A stretch of 44,034 nucleotides of DNA from Bacteroidota bacterium (GCA_041192505.1 JBEEMV010000082.1:1-44034), one strand, 5' to 3'; shown: positions 18,873 through 27,283, counted from the stretch's first letter. The notes: generated by a model not told the origin, from the letters alone. Made by a program: numbers and translations.

Positions 18873-19523
18873 TTAGAATAAATAAATACCTCTTACCGAA
18901 ACATATTTATTAAACTGATTGGTACCAAAATAAGGATTCAATGGATTGCCTGTTCCATTGTAGGTATAATCGGCAAAATTACGGATATATACAATTGAAT
19001 ACGAATAACGCATACCAAAGCCAATATGTTTTGTTGCCATAAAGCTTATATCGCCCAGCCAACATATATCTCGTTTTTTAAAATAATCTATAGCGCCTGG
19101 TGTTGCTTCATGGTTAATTTCTTCATTTACACTAAACAATCTGCTTACGCTTATGCCTGCACTTAATCTGGTTTTAGCATCTTTATCGTGATAGGATATT
19201 AAAATAGGAATTTCAGCATAATTTAAGGTAAGAACATAATTAGCATTAGGATTAGAATTGTTAAATATTTGATTACTCGTCATTCGGCTACCCTTTTGAG
19301 AATATAATAATTCGAATTGTATAAAAAGATTTTTTCGGAATATTGGAAACCCACCAAATGCACCTGCATTTAATCCTATCTTATGAAAGCCATCCAATAT
19401 ATCGCCATCAACTTGCGAAGCATTAAAACCAAGGAGTAAACCACCTTCAAAAAAATTTTTGCTTTTTTGAGCAAAACTAAAAAGTGGAAATGTGAATAAG
19501 ATGATGAGTAAATATCGTTTCAT
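18873..19523 (-). CDS. Outer-membrane beta-barrel protein (porin-family/PorT-like)
   Basis: The signal peptide is MKRYLLIILFTFPLFSFAQ. The body shows an alternating hydrophobic beta-strand pattern and a C-terminal aromatic residue (GIYLF). Confidence 0.55.
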   Translation of the reverse strand: MKRYLLIILFTFPLFSFAQKSKNFFEGGLLLGFNASQVDGDILDGFHKIGLNAGAFGGFPIFRKNLFIQFELLYSQKGSRMTSNQIFNNSNPNANYVLTLNYAEIPILISYHDKDAKTRLSAGISVSRLFSVNEEINHEATPGAIDYFKKRDICWLGDISFMATKHIGFGMRYSYSIVYIRNFADYTYNGTGNPLNPYFGTNQFNKYVSVRGIYLF

Positions 19524-19586
19524 GTGATGTTAATTTGCAGCTACAAAGTTATCAAAAACCCTTTAACCATCAATACTTAAATTATA

Positions 19587-19871
19587 ATGAGTTTTAAATA
19601 TAATCCTACCACCTTAAAAAAATTAGAAGGCATTTTAGAAGAAGCCCGATTTATTGTACGATACGAAAAGGGAAATTTTAATGCAGGGCATTGCTTATTA
19701 GAAGATAAGCGCATTGTGGTTATCAATAAATTTTTTACTTTAGAAAATAAAATTAATTGCTTAATTGATATTATAAATACTGTACAATTAGGCAATATTC
19801 AATTTTCGGATGAGTTATTACCTTTTTATAAAAAAATAACGGCGCTTAAAATAGAAAACGAAGAAGCTTAA
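19587..19871 (+). CDS. Hypothetical small protein (94 aa)
   Basis: The ORF starts at an ATG and is followed by a strong terminator. I recognise no motif. An overlapping antisense ORF was rejected. Confidence 0.5.
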   Translation: MSFKYNPTTLKKLEGILEEARFIVRYEKGNFNAGHCLLEDKRIVVINKFFTLENKINCLIDIINTVQLGNIQFSDELLPFYKKITALKIENEEA

Positions 19872-19890
19872 TTTCTTTTAATATCGCATT

Positions 19891-19922
19891 AAAAGCCTGC
19901 TATCGGTATAGCAGGCTTTTTT
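19891..19922 (+). terminator. Rho-independent terminator
   Basis: The sequence is AAAAGCCTGCTA-tcgg-TAGCAGGCTTTTTT, a perfect 12-bp stem followed by a T-run. Confidence 0.8.
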
Positions 19923-20069
19923 ATTTTAAAATAAATATTTCTCCTTTTTTGGTTTTTTAATATAAATACCTTTAGTTTTACAAATAGGTTTAATAATATT
20001 TATAACAGTTTTTTAAACAACCAATTTTATCATGAAAAAACGAAATTTTCTTTATTTATTCATGGTTCT

Positions 20070-20081
20070 GGGGGGGGGGGG
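20070..20081 (+). repeat. Homopolymeric G12 tract between the signal-peptide start codon and the body of the following ORF
   Basis: Counted directly: ...catggttctG GGGGGGGGGG Gtactc... gives 12 G. It is the only G/C homopolymer longer than 5 nt that I noticed in the window. Confidence 0.95.
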
Positions 20082-20125
20082 TACTCACACTTACCAGCAG
20101 CCAAGAAACAGGCAACGAAACACAA

Positions 20126-22501
20126 ATGCGCTTTGAACAAGAGCCGCCCATACCCCAAGCCTACTATGTGCAGAAACTGCCGCAGCCAACAACCGAAGGA
20201 CAAAATATTATTTTTAGTGTTACCTATTTAGCCGAACCCAATTTGCCCGAAAAATTATACCTTAACCCAATAGGCAACCAAAATTTAATTTTGCACGATG
20301 ATGGCAAATACCCCGATTTGGTAGCTGGTGATTTAAAATACAGTACTTTAATGACAGAAGATATACAAACATTTAAAGACCAAATACACCGCTTAGAAGA
20401 TAAAATAGATGCCGATGGCGGTGTAATAAGCTTTACTGGACATGATGGACACTTTACAAAAGCAGGTGAGTTGGCTCATTTTGATTTTGTGAAATTTGAA
20501 GATAATGAAGAAACGCAAGTGGCTGCAAGACTTATTGATGCAACGCAATGCATAGATGAAATCAAAAAAGAAAAATCATTATTTATTACTGATATCAGTG
20601 TGGTAGAAGATCCTGCAAGAACTTACAATTTCAAAACAGGTTTTGGGAATAAACAAGGAGCTTGGACTTTTGGGCATTTATTGGGCAACATTATTAATAA
20701 CCCCAATAATGTAAATTCATTTATTGATAATTGGGTAGAAATGTTTCTTACAACTCAAACTCAATCTCAAACTGGCGATCAAGCATATATGAGAGAAGGT
20801 GTAGAACATTTTTTAATGATTCCATGGATGCAACTATGTTATAGCGACCCTAATTGGATTGTTGCACCCAATGTATCACCTACAAAGATTGATTATGATA
20901 TAATGTTAAACTTATCTGGTTCAGATTGGCATTATTATGTTAGCCAAGTTCCTCAAAATATTTTACTCGAAAATGCACCATTTAAGTTAACCACTATTGT
21001 TAACAGAATGGATTTAAGAGGTAACGAAGCTTTTTCATATGGAGGCTTTCACATGGCTAATGCTGGTGAAACAAGATTTATCTTCACTTTAATAAATACA
21101 GATTTTACAACTTATAGAAATAATAGTCAGTCTCCTCAACTTGATTTACCTACTCATGTAAATGCAGTACCTGGAAGTAGCACAATTCCTTTTGATTGGA
21201 AAGGGCTTAATGTAATCTTCGAATATTCAAATCCTCAACCAAACCTAGAAATGCTTCAAGATTTTGCAGCGGAATGGGTTGATTTATCAAGCTCCTTAGT
21301 CCCTCCATTTGGAACAAATAGTTTACCAAATGCACCCAATTTTAATGATTATTTACAACATATTACTGATCAAGTTATAAAACCGAATGCCATGCCCAAT
21401 AAGCCTAATGGCAGTGCAATAAATAGAATAAGAACCAATGAGAAAATATTTGATAAACTAAATAGTCAAATCGGATTTTTAACTGGCTCTCAGTGGGAAG
21501 ATATGAAATGGCAATTCAGGCAATTCGAATTAAATAACAATGGAATGTTTGAAATGGCACCAGTAACTAATGTACCTTATTTTGGTGTAAATGATGCCGA
21601 ACATAGCCCTAACGAGGCAACTGGTATATTATCAAATCATTTTAATCAAACTCGTAGTCAAACTTTCATAAATTGGGCTTCACAAAATACTACAAGGATT
21701 GAAAGTGGTAATTTTTTGATTCCTAAAAATTTAACAGCACTAACAGGAGATAATTATAGTGAATTAATTAATTATTTTGTGTTTGATAGAGCATACTATA
21801 CTACTGATTATAGCCCGATAATAAATAATGCTAAATTAGTTCGTCATGAAATTTCTTTGAATACTTGCCAAGGTTGTCATGGGGGAGAAACAAAGACCTT
21901 ATTTACTATGGTTGCTCCAATGGTTTATGGTCAAGCTGCCAACTATTGGTCAAATAATCCAATACTAAATGCTTCATATGTTGATGATATTATTGACGAA
22001 AGATTTTATCCCGATCCCAATAATTCAGGAATTGCTCAAAATACTGGAAAAACTTTTGAACATTATTTGTTAAGTACTGGTTCTGCTCAAAGTGAGAATT
22101 ATCAGATAAAGCATTTTTCAAAAATTATTCAAACTGTTTCTCCATTTTTAACAGGTCGAAGATACTCTGGACAAAACACATCTAGTGCAACATGGGACGA
22201 TGATGAAAATGACCCATTACATCCAGATAATGACGTACAAACTTTTCCTAAGCTTCCAGATAATTTAATGTCGGGGTTATTTTGGGTTAACGACCCAGAT
22301 AATCAAAGCCCTATTGGAGCTACAAATAATGCTATTGGAGGTTCGCCATATAACCATAATACAAAATATGGCTATAATGATTTAGAAATGAGAAAAAAGG
22401 ATATTTGTAGTTTCCTTACCAATGAAAATGCTAGTTCGAGTAATATAATGAGAATGGTAAATCGTATTAAGAAAATTCCTTTGCCATTAGGCTCTCATTA
22501 A
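20126..22501 (+). CDS. Protein of unknown family (791 aa as listed). The probable true product starts at ATG 20032 with a signal peptide and needs a -1/+2 change in the G12 tract
   Basis: The ORF is open upstream to a TGA at 20033 and has no signal peptide from ATG 20126. ATG 20032 encodes MKKRNFLYLFMVLGGGG, but in a different frame. Internal motifs are NRMDLRGN..AGETRFIFTL, NRIRTNEKIF..WQFRQFELN and NTCQGCHGGETKTLFTMV. There is no T9SS CTD. Confidence 0.75.
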   Translation: MRFEQEPPIPQAYYVQKLPQPTTEGQNIIFSVTYLAEPNLPEKLYLNPIGNQNLILHDDGKYPDLVAGDLKYSTLMTEDIQTFKDQIHRLEDKIDADGGVISFTGHDGHFTKAGELAHFDFVKFEDNEETQVAARLIDATQCIDEIKKEKSLFITDISVVEDPARTYNFKTGFGNKQGAWTFGHLLGNIINNPNNVNSFIDNWVEMFLTTQTQSQTGDQAYMREGVEHFLMIPWMQLCYSDPNWIVAPNVSPTKIDYDIMLNLSGSDWHYYVSQVPQNILLENAPFKLTTIVNRMDLRGNEAFSYGGFHMANAGETRFIFTLINTDFTTYRNNSQSPQLDLPTHVNAVPGSSTIPFDWKGLNVIFEYSNPQPNLEMLQDFAAEWVDLSSSLVPPFGTNSLPNAPNFNDYLQHITDQVIKPNAMPNKPNGSAINRIRTNEKIFDKLNSQIGFLTGSQWEDMKWQFRQFELNNNGMFEMAPVTNVPYFGVNDAEHSPNEATGILSNHFNQTRSQTFINWASQNTTRIESGNFLIPKNLTALTGDNYSELINYFVFDRAYYTTDYSPIINNAKLVRHEISLNTCQGCHGGETKTLFTMVAPMVYGQAANYWSNNPILNASYVDDIIDERFYPDPNNSGIAQNTGKTFEHYLLSTGSAQSENYQIKHFSKIIQTVSPFLTGRRYSGQNTSSATWDDDENDPLHPDNDVQTFPKLPDNLMSGLFWVNDPDNQSPIGATNNAIGGSPYNHNTKYGYNDLEMRKKDICSFLTNENASSSNIMRMVNRIKKIPLPLGSH

Positions 22502-22507
22502 TTTACT

Positions 22508-24283
22508 ATGAAAATAACATTTTTTGTTTTTTTTCTTACTGTAACTTTTACATTAAGAGCACAAAACTATCATGCTAAAAACATTATCATGAGTAGTAAA
22601 TGTGATTATTATAATGTTGCTTCAATAACTACCGATAGCTATAACAACACCTATATTGGAGGTTTTTTTAATGGGACTTATTCATTGGGGGGATATACTT
22701 TGAAAAGTAACACTCAAAGCTCTTTAAATAATACTCTATTTATAGCTAAGATTGATAGTTCTGATGTTGTACAGTGGATAAAAATAATTACTGAGATTCA
22801 ATCCCCATATTATCAACGTGTAAAAATTCAATGTGATAAAAAGAATAACCTTTTACTTGCATTTAATTTTGCAGACAGTATGAATATATTAGGTCATAAT
22901 ATTATTAGTATTGGCAGTTCAGATGCTTTATTATTAAAGCTTGATTCATTGGGGGATTATTTATGGCATTTTACAATTAATGGGCTTTATGGAGAAAGTA
23001 TAGGGCTAGATGAAATTGGTATAATGCCAAATAATGATATTGTAATTTCTGGAGGATTTGGAGGTTATTCTGGCAGCCCAAATCCTATTGCAACGACTGA
23101 TTTTGGAGGTACTATATTAACTACAAAAGGAGCAGATGGGTATTTGGCTAGATACACTGAAACAAGTTCATTGATTTGGGTCAGAAGAGGAGGGACAAAT
23201 AACTTAATTGACGGTTATGCTGGTTCATTAATTGACATAAACCAGAATTTATATTCCTTAATTAGTTTAGACCCTAGCTATAATATTTATTTTGATTCAG
23301 CTTATCACTATACTTTTCCACAACAAGGATACACTGCTTCTGCAATTGTCAAATACAATAGTGTAGGCACATTGAAATGGGTAAAAGGAATCTACACCCC
23401 AAACTTCCCCGACATTGCAGGATTTGAAGGAATGTGTATTCTGAAAAATCTACAAGTTGTAGTTTTCGGAAGTTATAATAGCCTAAATTCTGTATTACTG
23501 GAAGGTCATTCCTCTTTTCCACCCAATATTACAGGAACAGGAGGCACAAATGAATATCTTAGTTTTTTAGTATGCTATGATTCATTAGGCAATGTATTAT
23601 GGGCTAAAAATCCACATAAATTAATCAGTTCAACCGAACAGCCTATTGGAGTGGTGGGTAGCAAAACTAATTCTGATTTTTATTTTGTTTCTTATTTCGA
23701 TGGTTCATCTATTATTTCGGGTACTGATACTGTATATGGTACAGGTTATCAAAATGTATTAATTGAATGTATGGATAGTATGGGTAATAAAAAATGGCAT
23801 AAAATCATTAAAGGTTTTCCTGGTGCTAATGCTCGTGATATTGCTATTAATGATAATAATGAAATTATTATTGTAGGCAATACATCAAGCAGCACACTAC
23901 AATGCGATGCTAAAAAAGTAAACATAAGCAGCACACCAGCCATGTATATTTTAAAGCTTGCCCCCGGCAATGTAAACTGGAATGATACTTTAAATGGTTT
24001 TGAAGATGTGGTGGTAAGTAAAGAGCAGTTGGTGGTTTATCCGAATCCAGCACAGCAGTCAATAGTCATCAGTCATCAGTCATTAGTAAATACAATAGTG
24101 GTAACGGATGTGTTGGGTAGAGTGTGCTCTATTCCCCCTTTTGAAAGGTTGCAAATCCCGAAGGAATCGGGAGGGTTAGGGGGATTTGAATTAAATATTT
24201 CAACTCTTTCAAAGGGTATTTATTTCATCAAAGCAACCGACGTAAACGGCAATCAACTAAATGGAAAATTTGTAAAACAATAA
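22508..24283 (+). CDS. Secreted beta-propeller (SBBP-like repeat) protein with a T9SS type-A CTD
   Basis: The signal peptide is MKITFFVFFLTVTFTLRAQ. Six blade-like motifs are present (DALLLKLDSLGDYLWH, DGYLARYTETSSLIWV, SAIVKYNSVGTLKWV, LSFLVCYDSLGNVLWA, NVLIECMDSMGNKKWH, LFIAKIDSSDVVQWI). The C-terminus is VVYPNPAQQ...GIYFIKATDVNGNQLNGKFVKQ. The start lies 6 nt after the upstream stop. Confidence 0.8.
   Translation: MKITFFVFFLTVTFTLRAQNYHAKNIIMSSKCDYYNVASITTDSYNNTYIGGFFNGTYSLGGYTLKSNTQSSLNNTLFIAKIDSSDVVQWIKIITEIQSPYYQRVKIQCDKKNNLLLAFNFADSMNILGHNIISIGSSDALLLKLDSLGDYLWHFTINGLYGESIGLDEIGIMPNNDIVISGGFGGYSGSPNPIATTDFGGTILTTKGADGYLARYTETSSLIWVRRGGTNNLIDGYAGSLIDINQNLYSLISLDPSYNIYFDSAYHYTFPQQGYTASAIVKYNSVGTLKWVKGIYTPNFPDIAGFEGMCILKNLQVVVFGSYNSLNSVLLEGHSSFPPNITGTGGTNEYLSFLVCYDSLGNVLWAKNPHKLISSTEQPIGVVGSKTNSDFYFVSYFDGSSIISGTDTVYGTGYQNVLIECMDSMGNKKWHKIIKGFPGANARDIAINDNNEIIIVGNTSSSTLQCDAKKVNISSTPAMYILKLAPGNVNWNDTLNGFEDVVVSKEQLVVYPNPAQQSIVISHQSLVNTIVVTDVLGRVCSIPPFERLQIPKESGGLGGFELNISTLSKGIYFIKATDVNGNQLNGKFVKQ
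24134..24183 (+). repeat. 50-nt GC-rich hairpin-containing element embedded in frame in the CTD (copy A)
   Basis: The sequence is CCCCCTTTTGAAAGGTTGCAAATCCCGAAGGAATCGGGAGGGTTAGGGGG, which is 28/50 G+C. An internal hairpin pairs TCCCGA with TCGGGA (24156-24172). It is 49/50 identical to the reverse complement of 37377-37426. Confidence 0.9.
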
Positions 24284-24290
24284 AACAAAC

Positions 24291-24322
24291 CTCACCCCAA
24301 CCCTCTCCAAAGGAGAGGGAGC
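24291..24322 (+). repeat. GC-rich REP-like palindromic element, possibly a terminator
   Basis: The sequence is CTCACCCCAACCCTCTCC-aaa-GGAGAGGGAGC, with an 8-bp stem at 24301-24308/24312-24319. It lies 8 nt after the stop at 24283. No immediate T-run follows. Confidence 0.55.
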
Positions 24323-24363
24323 AAAAACAAATAATTTTTTAAAAACAATTAAATTTTATAATC

Positions 24364-25248
24364 ATGCAAAAATATATTTTAACAGCAGCGTTTATAGTGG
24401 CTTCATTTGGTTTGGCTAATAGCCAAAATGTATCAACAGCAAATAAATTTGATATAAAACTACACCCCGAAAAGCCCGAATTAACTACACAAAACAAATT
24501 TTCGGCAGCTTGTTTTCAAATAGCCGATGTGGTATATACCGTTATAGAAAATGCAAAACCAAATACCGTATTAGAATTTTATAGCACCATTCATGGTGGT
24601 AAATTAGTAGCCAATTGTACTACCGATAAATTGGGTTTTGCTCAAAAAGTATTTTCGGCTAAAGCAGTGCCTGGCTTTGCTATCAACAAACCTTCTGCCG
24701 ATAGCAGAGAAGGATTTGTAGAGCATTTTATCGAAAAAGAATTTGTGTTAGAAAAATTTGAAGCACAGCGCAATGGCAATACTATTTCATTAAATTGGAA
24801 TGCCAATTCATCAGCCAAAAACACTATTACTTTTGAAATTTTAAAAAGTACGGATGGTAAAAATTATTCGGTAATTAATACCCAACAAGCTAATTCATCA
24901 GAGGGATTGAGTACTTATACTTTTACTGAAAATTTCAATGAATCAAGTAGTTATAAATTACGAATTATAAAAAACAATTCTATAGCTCGTTATACATCCG
25001 AGCCTTTAAATGCCGATGCTAATAAATCGTTTAAAGTTTATCCAACGGTTTCAAGCACCAATATTCATATTGATGCATCTGATAATACAATTGAACCAAC
25101 GCCATTTTACATCATAAATGTTTCAGGCGAAATATTAAAAAATGGACTATTGGATAAAGCACAAAATGAAGTAGCTATAAACGAATTTGTGGCAGGAATT
25201 TATTTTGTTCAAATTGGAACTAAAACACAAAAATTTATAAAGGAATAG
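24364..25248 (+). CDS. Secreted protein with an FN3-like middle domain and a T9SS type-A CTD
   Basis: The signal peptide is MQKYILTAAFIVASFGLANSQ. The middle segment is FEAQRNGNTISLNWNANSS..ITFEILKSTDGKNYSVI. The C-terminus is FKVYPTVSSTNIHI...INEFVAGIYFVQIGTKTQKFIKE. Confidence 0.75.
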   Translation: MQKYILTAAFIVASFGLANSQNVSTANKFDIKLHPEKPELTTQNKFSAACFQIADVVYTVIENAKPNTVLEFYSTIHGGKLVANCTTDKLGFAQKVFSAKAVPGFAINKPSADSREGFVEHFIEKEFVLEKFEAQRNGNTISLNWNANSSAKNTITFEILKSTDGKNYSVINTQQANSSEGLSTYTFTENFNESSSYKLRIIKNNSIARYTSEPLNADANKSFKVYPTVSSTNIHIDASDNTIEPTPFYIINVSGEILKNGLLDKAQNEVAINEFVAGIYFVQIGTKTQKFIKE

Positions 25249-25276
25249 ATTGGTTCAAATATTTTATAAATTAGTT

Positions 25277-25308
25277 AAAGCCTTTAGAAACATCTAAAGG
25301 CTTTTTAT
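25277..25308 (+). terminator. Rho-independent terminator between convergent genes
   Basis: The sequence is AAAGCCTTTAGA-aaca-TCTAAAGGCTTTTTATTTT, a perfect 12-bp stem. Confidence 0.75.
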
Positions 25309-25331
25309 TTTACTATAATTAGGATTGCCAT

Positions 25332-25367
25332 AAAAACAAAAAAGCACCAATCAATGATTAGTGCTTT
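25332..25367 (-). terminator. Rho-independent terminator for the small lipoprotein gene
   Basis: The minus strand reads AAAGCACTAATCA-t-TGATTGGTGCTTTTTTGTTTTT. The stem has one mismatch. Confidence 0.65.
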
Positions 25368-25399
25368 AAGTTCTTTGCAAAGAAAAGTTAATATAAATA

Positions 25400-25588
25400 T
25401 TATTTCTTTTCTTCTTTAGCTGGAGCAGCTGTAGAATCAGCATGCATTGTAGAATCAGCTGGAGCAACAGCAGCAGCAGCTTCGTTTGTTGTAGCAGTTG
25501 AATCAGTTTTAACTTCTTCTGTTTTTGCAGCTTGATTACATGCAGCGAACATAGCGCCAGCAACCATTAATAATGCTAATTTTTTCAT
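25400..25588 (-). CDS. Small low-complexity lipoprotein (62 aa)
   Basis: MKKLALLMVAGAMFAACNQ is a lipobox-like signal with Cys. The mature part is rich in Ala, Thr and Glu. The gene has its own terminator. I preferred it over the overlapping frame at 25366-25563. Confidence 0.55.
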   Translation of the reverse strand: MKKLALLMVAGAMFAACNQAAKTEEVKTDSTATTNEAAAAVAPADSTMHADSTAAPAKEEKK

Positions 25589-25712
25589 CTTTTTTTGTAA
25601 AAATTTTGTAATGTTATTGAATTATAATTCGGCGGCAAAGGTAATTTTCATATTTAATTTTACAAACAAATAACACATTTTTTTTTAATTCTTTTTTTTT
25701 GCTACTATATTC

Positions 25713-27014
25713 TTATTTCTCTCTGAAAAATAAATACACTGGTACGCCTTTAAAATTAAAGGCTGCCCGTAATTGTTTTTCCAAATAATTTCGGTAAGGT
25801 TCTTTTATCTCCTTTGGATAATTGCAAAATAAAGCAAATGTAGGTACTTGAGCAGGCAACTGTGTGCCATATTTTATTTTTATTAAATGCCCTCTATGAG
25901 CCGGAGGCTGCGTAGATGCTACTGCTTGTTCTAATACTTCATTAAATTTCGAAGTAGTTATTTTTCTGTTTTTATTTTCTGATACTTCAATGCAAGTTTC
26001 AATAATTTTCGAAATTCTTATTTTTTCTAATGCCGAAATAAATAGAATAGGTACATCTGTAAATGGTGCTATTTTTTCTTTAATAGTTTGTTCAAACTCC
26101 AATAATGTTTTGGTGTTTTTATCAATCAAATCCCATTTATTTACCAATATTACTAAGCCTTTCTTTTTAGTTTCAATCTGCTTTATAATATGCAAATCTT
26201 GCTGTAATATGCCTTCTTTGGCATCAATCATCAGCATACATACATCCGATTCGTCAATTGCTTTTACGCTTCGTATTACTGAATAAAATTCTAAATCTTC
26301 ATGTACATTTTGTTTTTTTCTGATACCTGCCGTATCAATCAAAATACATTGCTTACCAAATAAATTATAATGCGTATGTATAGAGTCACGAGTAGTACCA
26401 GCTATATTGCTCACAATAGTTCGTTCTTCGCCAAGTAATGCATTCAATAATGATGATTTACCAACATTTGGCCTGCCAAGCAAACAAAATTTTGGTAATT
26501 TGGTTTCTTCCTTTTCGTCTTCAACAGGCAGTAATCGCATAATATCATCTAATAATTCGCCAGTACCAGTGCCCGAAATAGATGATAGCTGATGTACATT
26601 ATCAAACCCCAAGCTATAAAACTCGGCTGCATCCAATGTTCTATTAAAATTATCTACTTTATTTACAATTACAATAATTGGCTTTTTACTTTTACGAAGC
26701 AAATGCGCCATTTCATCATCTAGTTGTGTAATACCCGATGTTACATCTAATATAAATAGTATTAATTGAGCTTCGCGAATAGCTATTTCTACTTGTTTTT
26801 TAATTTCAATTTCAAAAATATCGTCGGTGCTTTTTACATAACCGCCTGTATCTACTACCTGAAACATTCTACCGTTCCATTCCGATTCGCCATATATTCT
26901 GTCACGGGTTACACCACTTTGATCATCCACAATGGCTTTGCGGCTGCCAGTTAATCTGTTAAAAAGTGTTGATTTGCCAACATTCGGTCGGCCTACTATT
27001 GCTACTGTATTCAT
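25713..27014 (-). CDS. der: Ribosome-biogenesis GTPase Der (EngA)
   Basis: Two G domains are present (GRPNVGKSTLFNRL and GRPNVGKSSLLNAL, each with DTGG/DTAG and NKVD/NKWD), followed by a KH-like C-terminus. Confidence 0.92.
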   Translation of the reverse strand: MNTVAIVGRPNVGKSTLFNRLTGSRKAIVDDQSGVTRDRIYGESEWNGRMFQVVDTGGYVKSTDDIFEIEIKKQVEIAIREAQLILFILDVTSGITQLDDEMAHLLRKSKKPIIVIVNKVDNFNRTLDAAEFYSLGFDNVHQLSSISGTGTGELLDDIMRLLPVEDEKEETKLPKFCLLGRPNVGKSSLLNALLGEERTIVSNIAGTTRDSIHTHYNLFGKQCILIDTAGIRKKQNVHEDLEFYSVIRSVKAIDESDVCMLMIDAKEGILQQDLHIIKQIETKKKGLVILVNKWDLIDKNTKTLLEFEQTIKEKIAPFTDVPILFISALEKIRISKIIETCIEVSENKNRKITTSKFNEVLEQAVASTQPPAHRGHLIKIKYGTQLPAQVPTFALFCNYPKEIKEPYRNYLEKQLRAAFNFKGVPVYLFFREK

Positions 27015-27283
27015 ACTGCAAAACTACAATTTATAAAATTAAATTCGGTTTATTTTACAATAAGATGCATTTAGCAGCAGTTAGAAAACGAACAAGAAAG
27101 AATCGAAAAACGATTTTAATGCAAAAAAATACCATTTATAACAAATGAATGAAGTGCCAAATTGAAAAAAAATAGCCTTTTTTTAGGGGTGGTTCTTAGC
27201 TTAAAACATTGGGGGTTGAAGGAAATTGTTCATAGATAAAATCTCAATGCGTAATTTGGGTTAAAAAATTAAAGTACAATAAA

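Noticed and set aside
19577-19795. Minus-strand 72-aa ORF
   Set aside because: It overlaps the plus-strand 94-aa ORF, which has an ATG start and its own strong terminator. The antisense ORF has no supporting signals.
25366-25563. Alternative-frame 65-aa minus-strand ORF
   Set aside because: It overlaps the 25400-25588 frame, which has a lipoprotein-type signal (FAAC). This frame gives only a Leu/Gln-rich repeat artefact.
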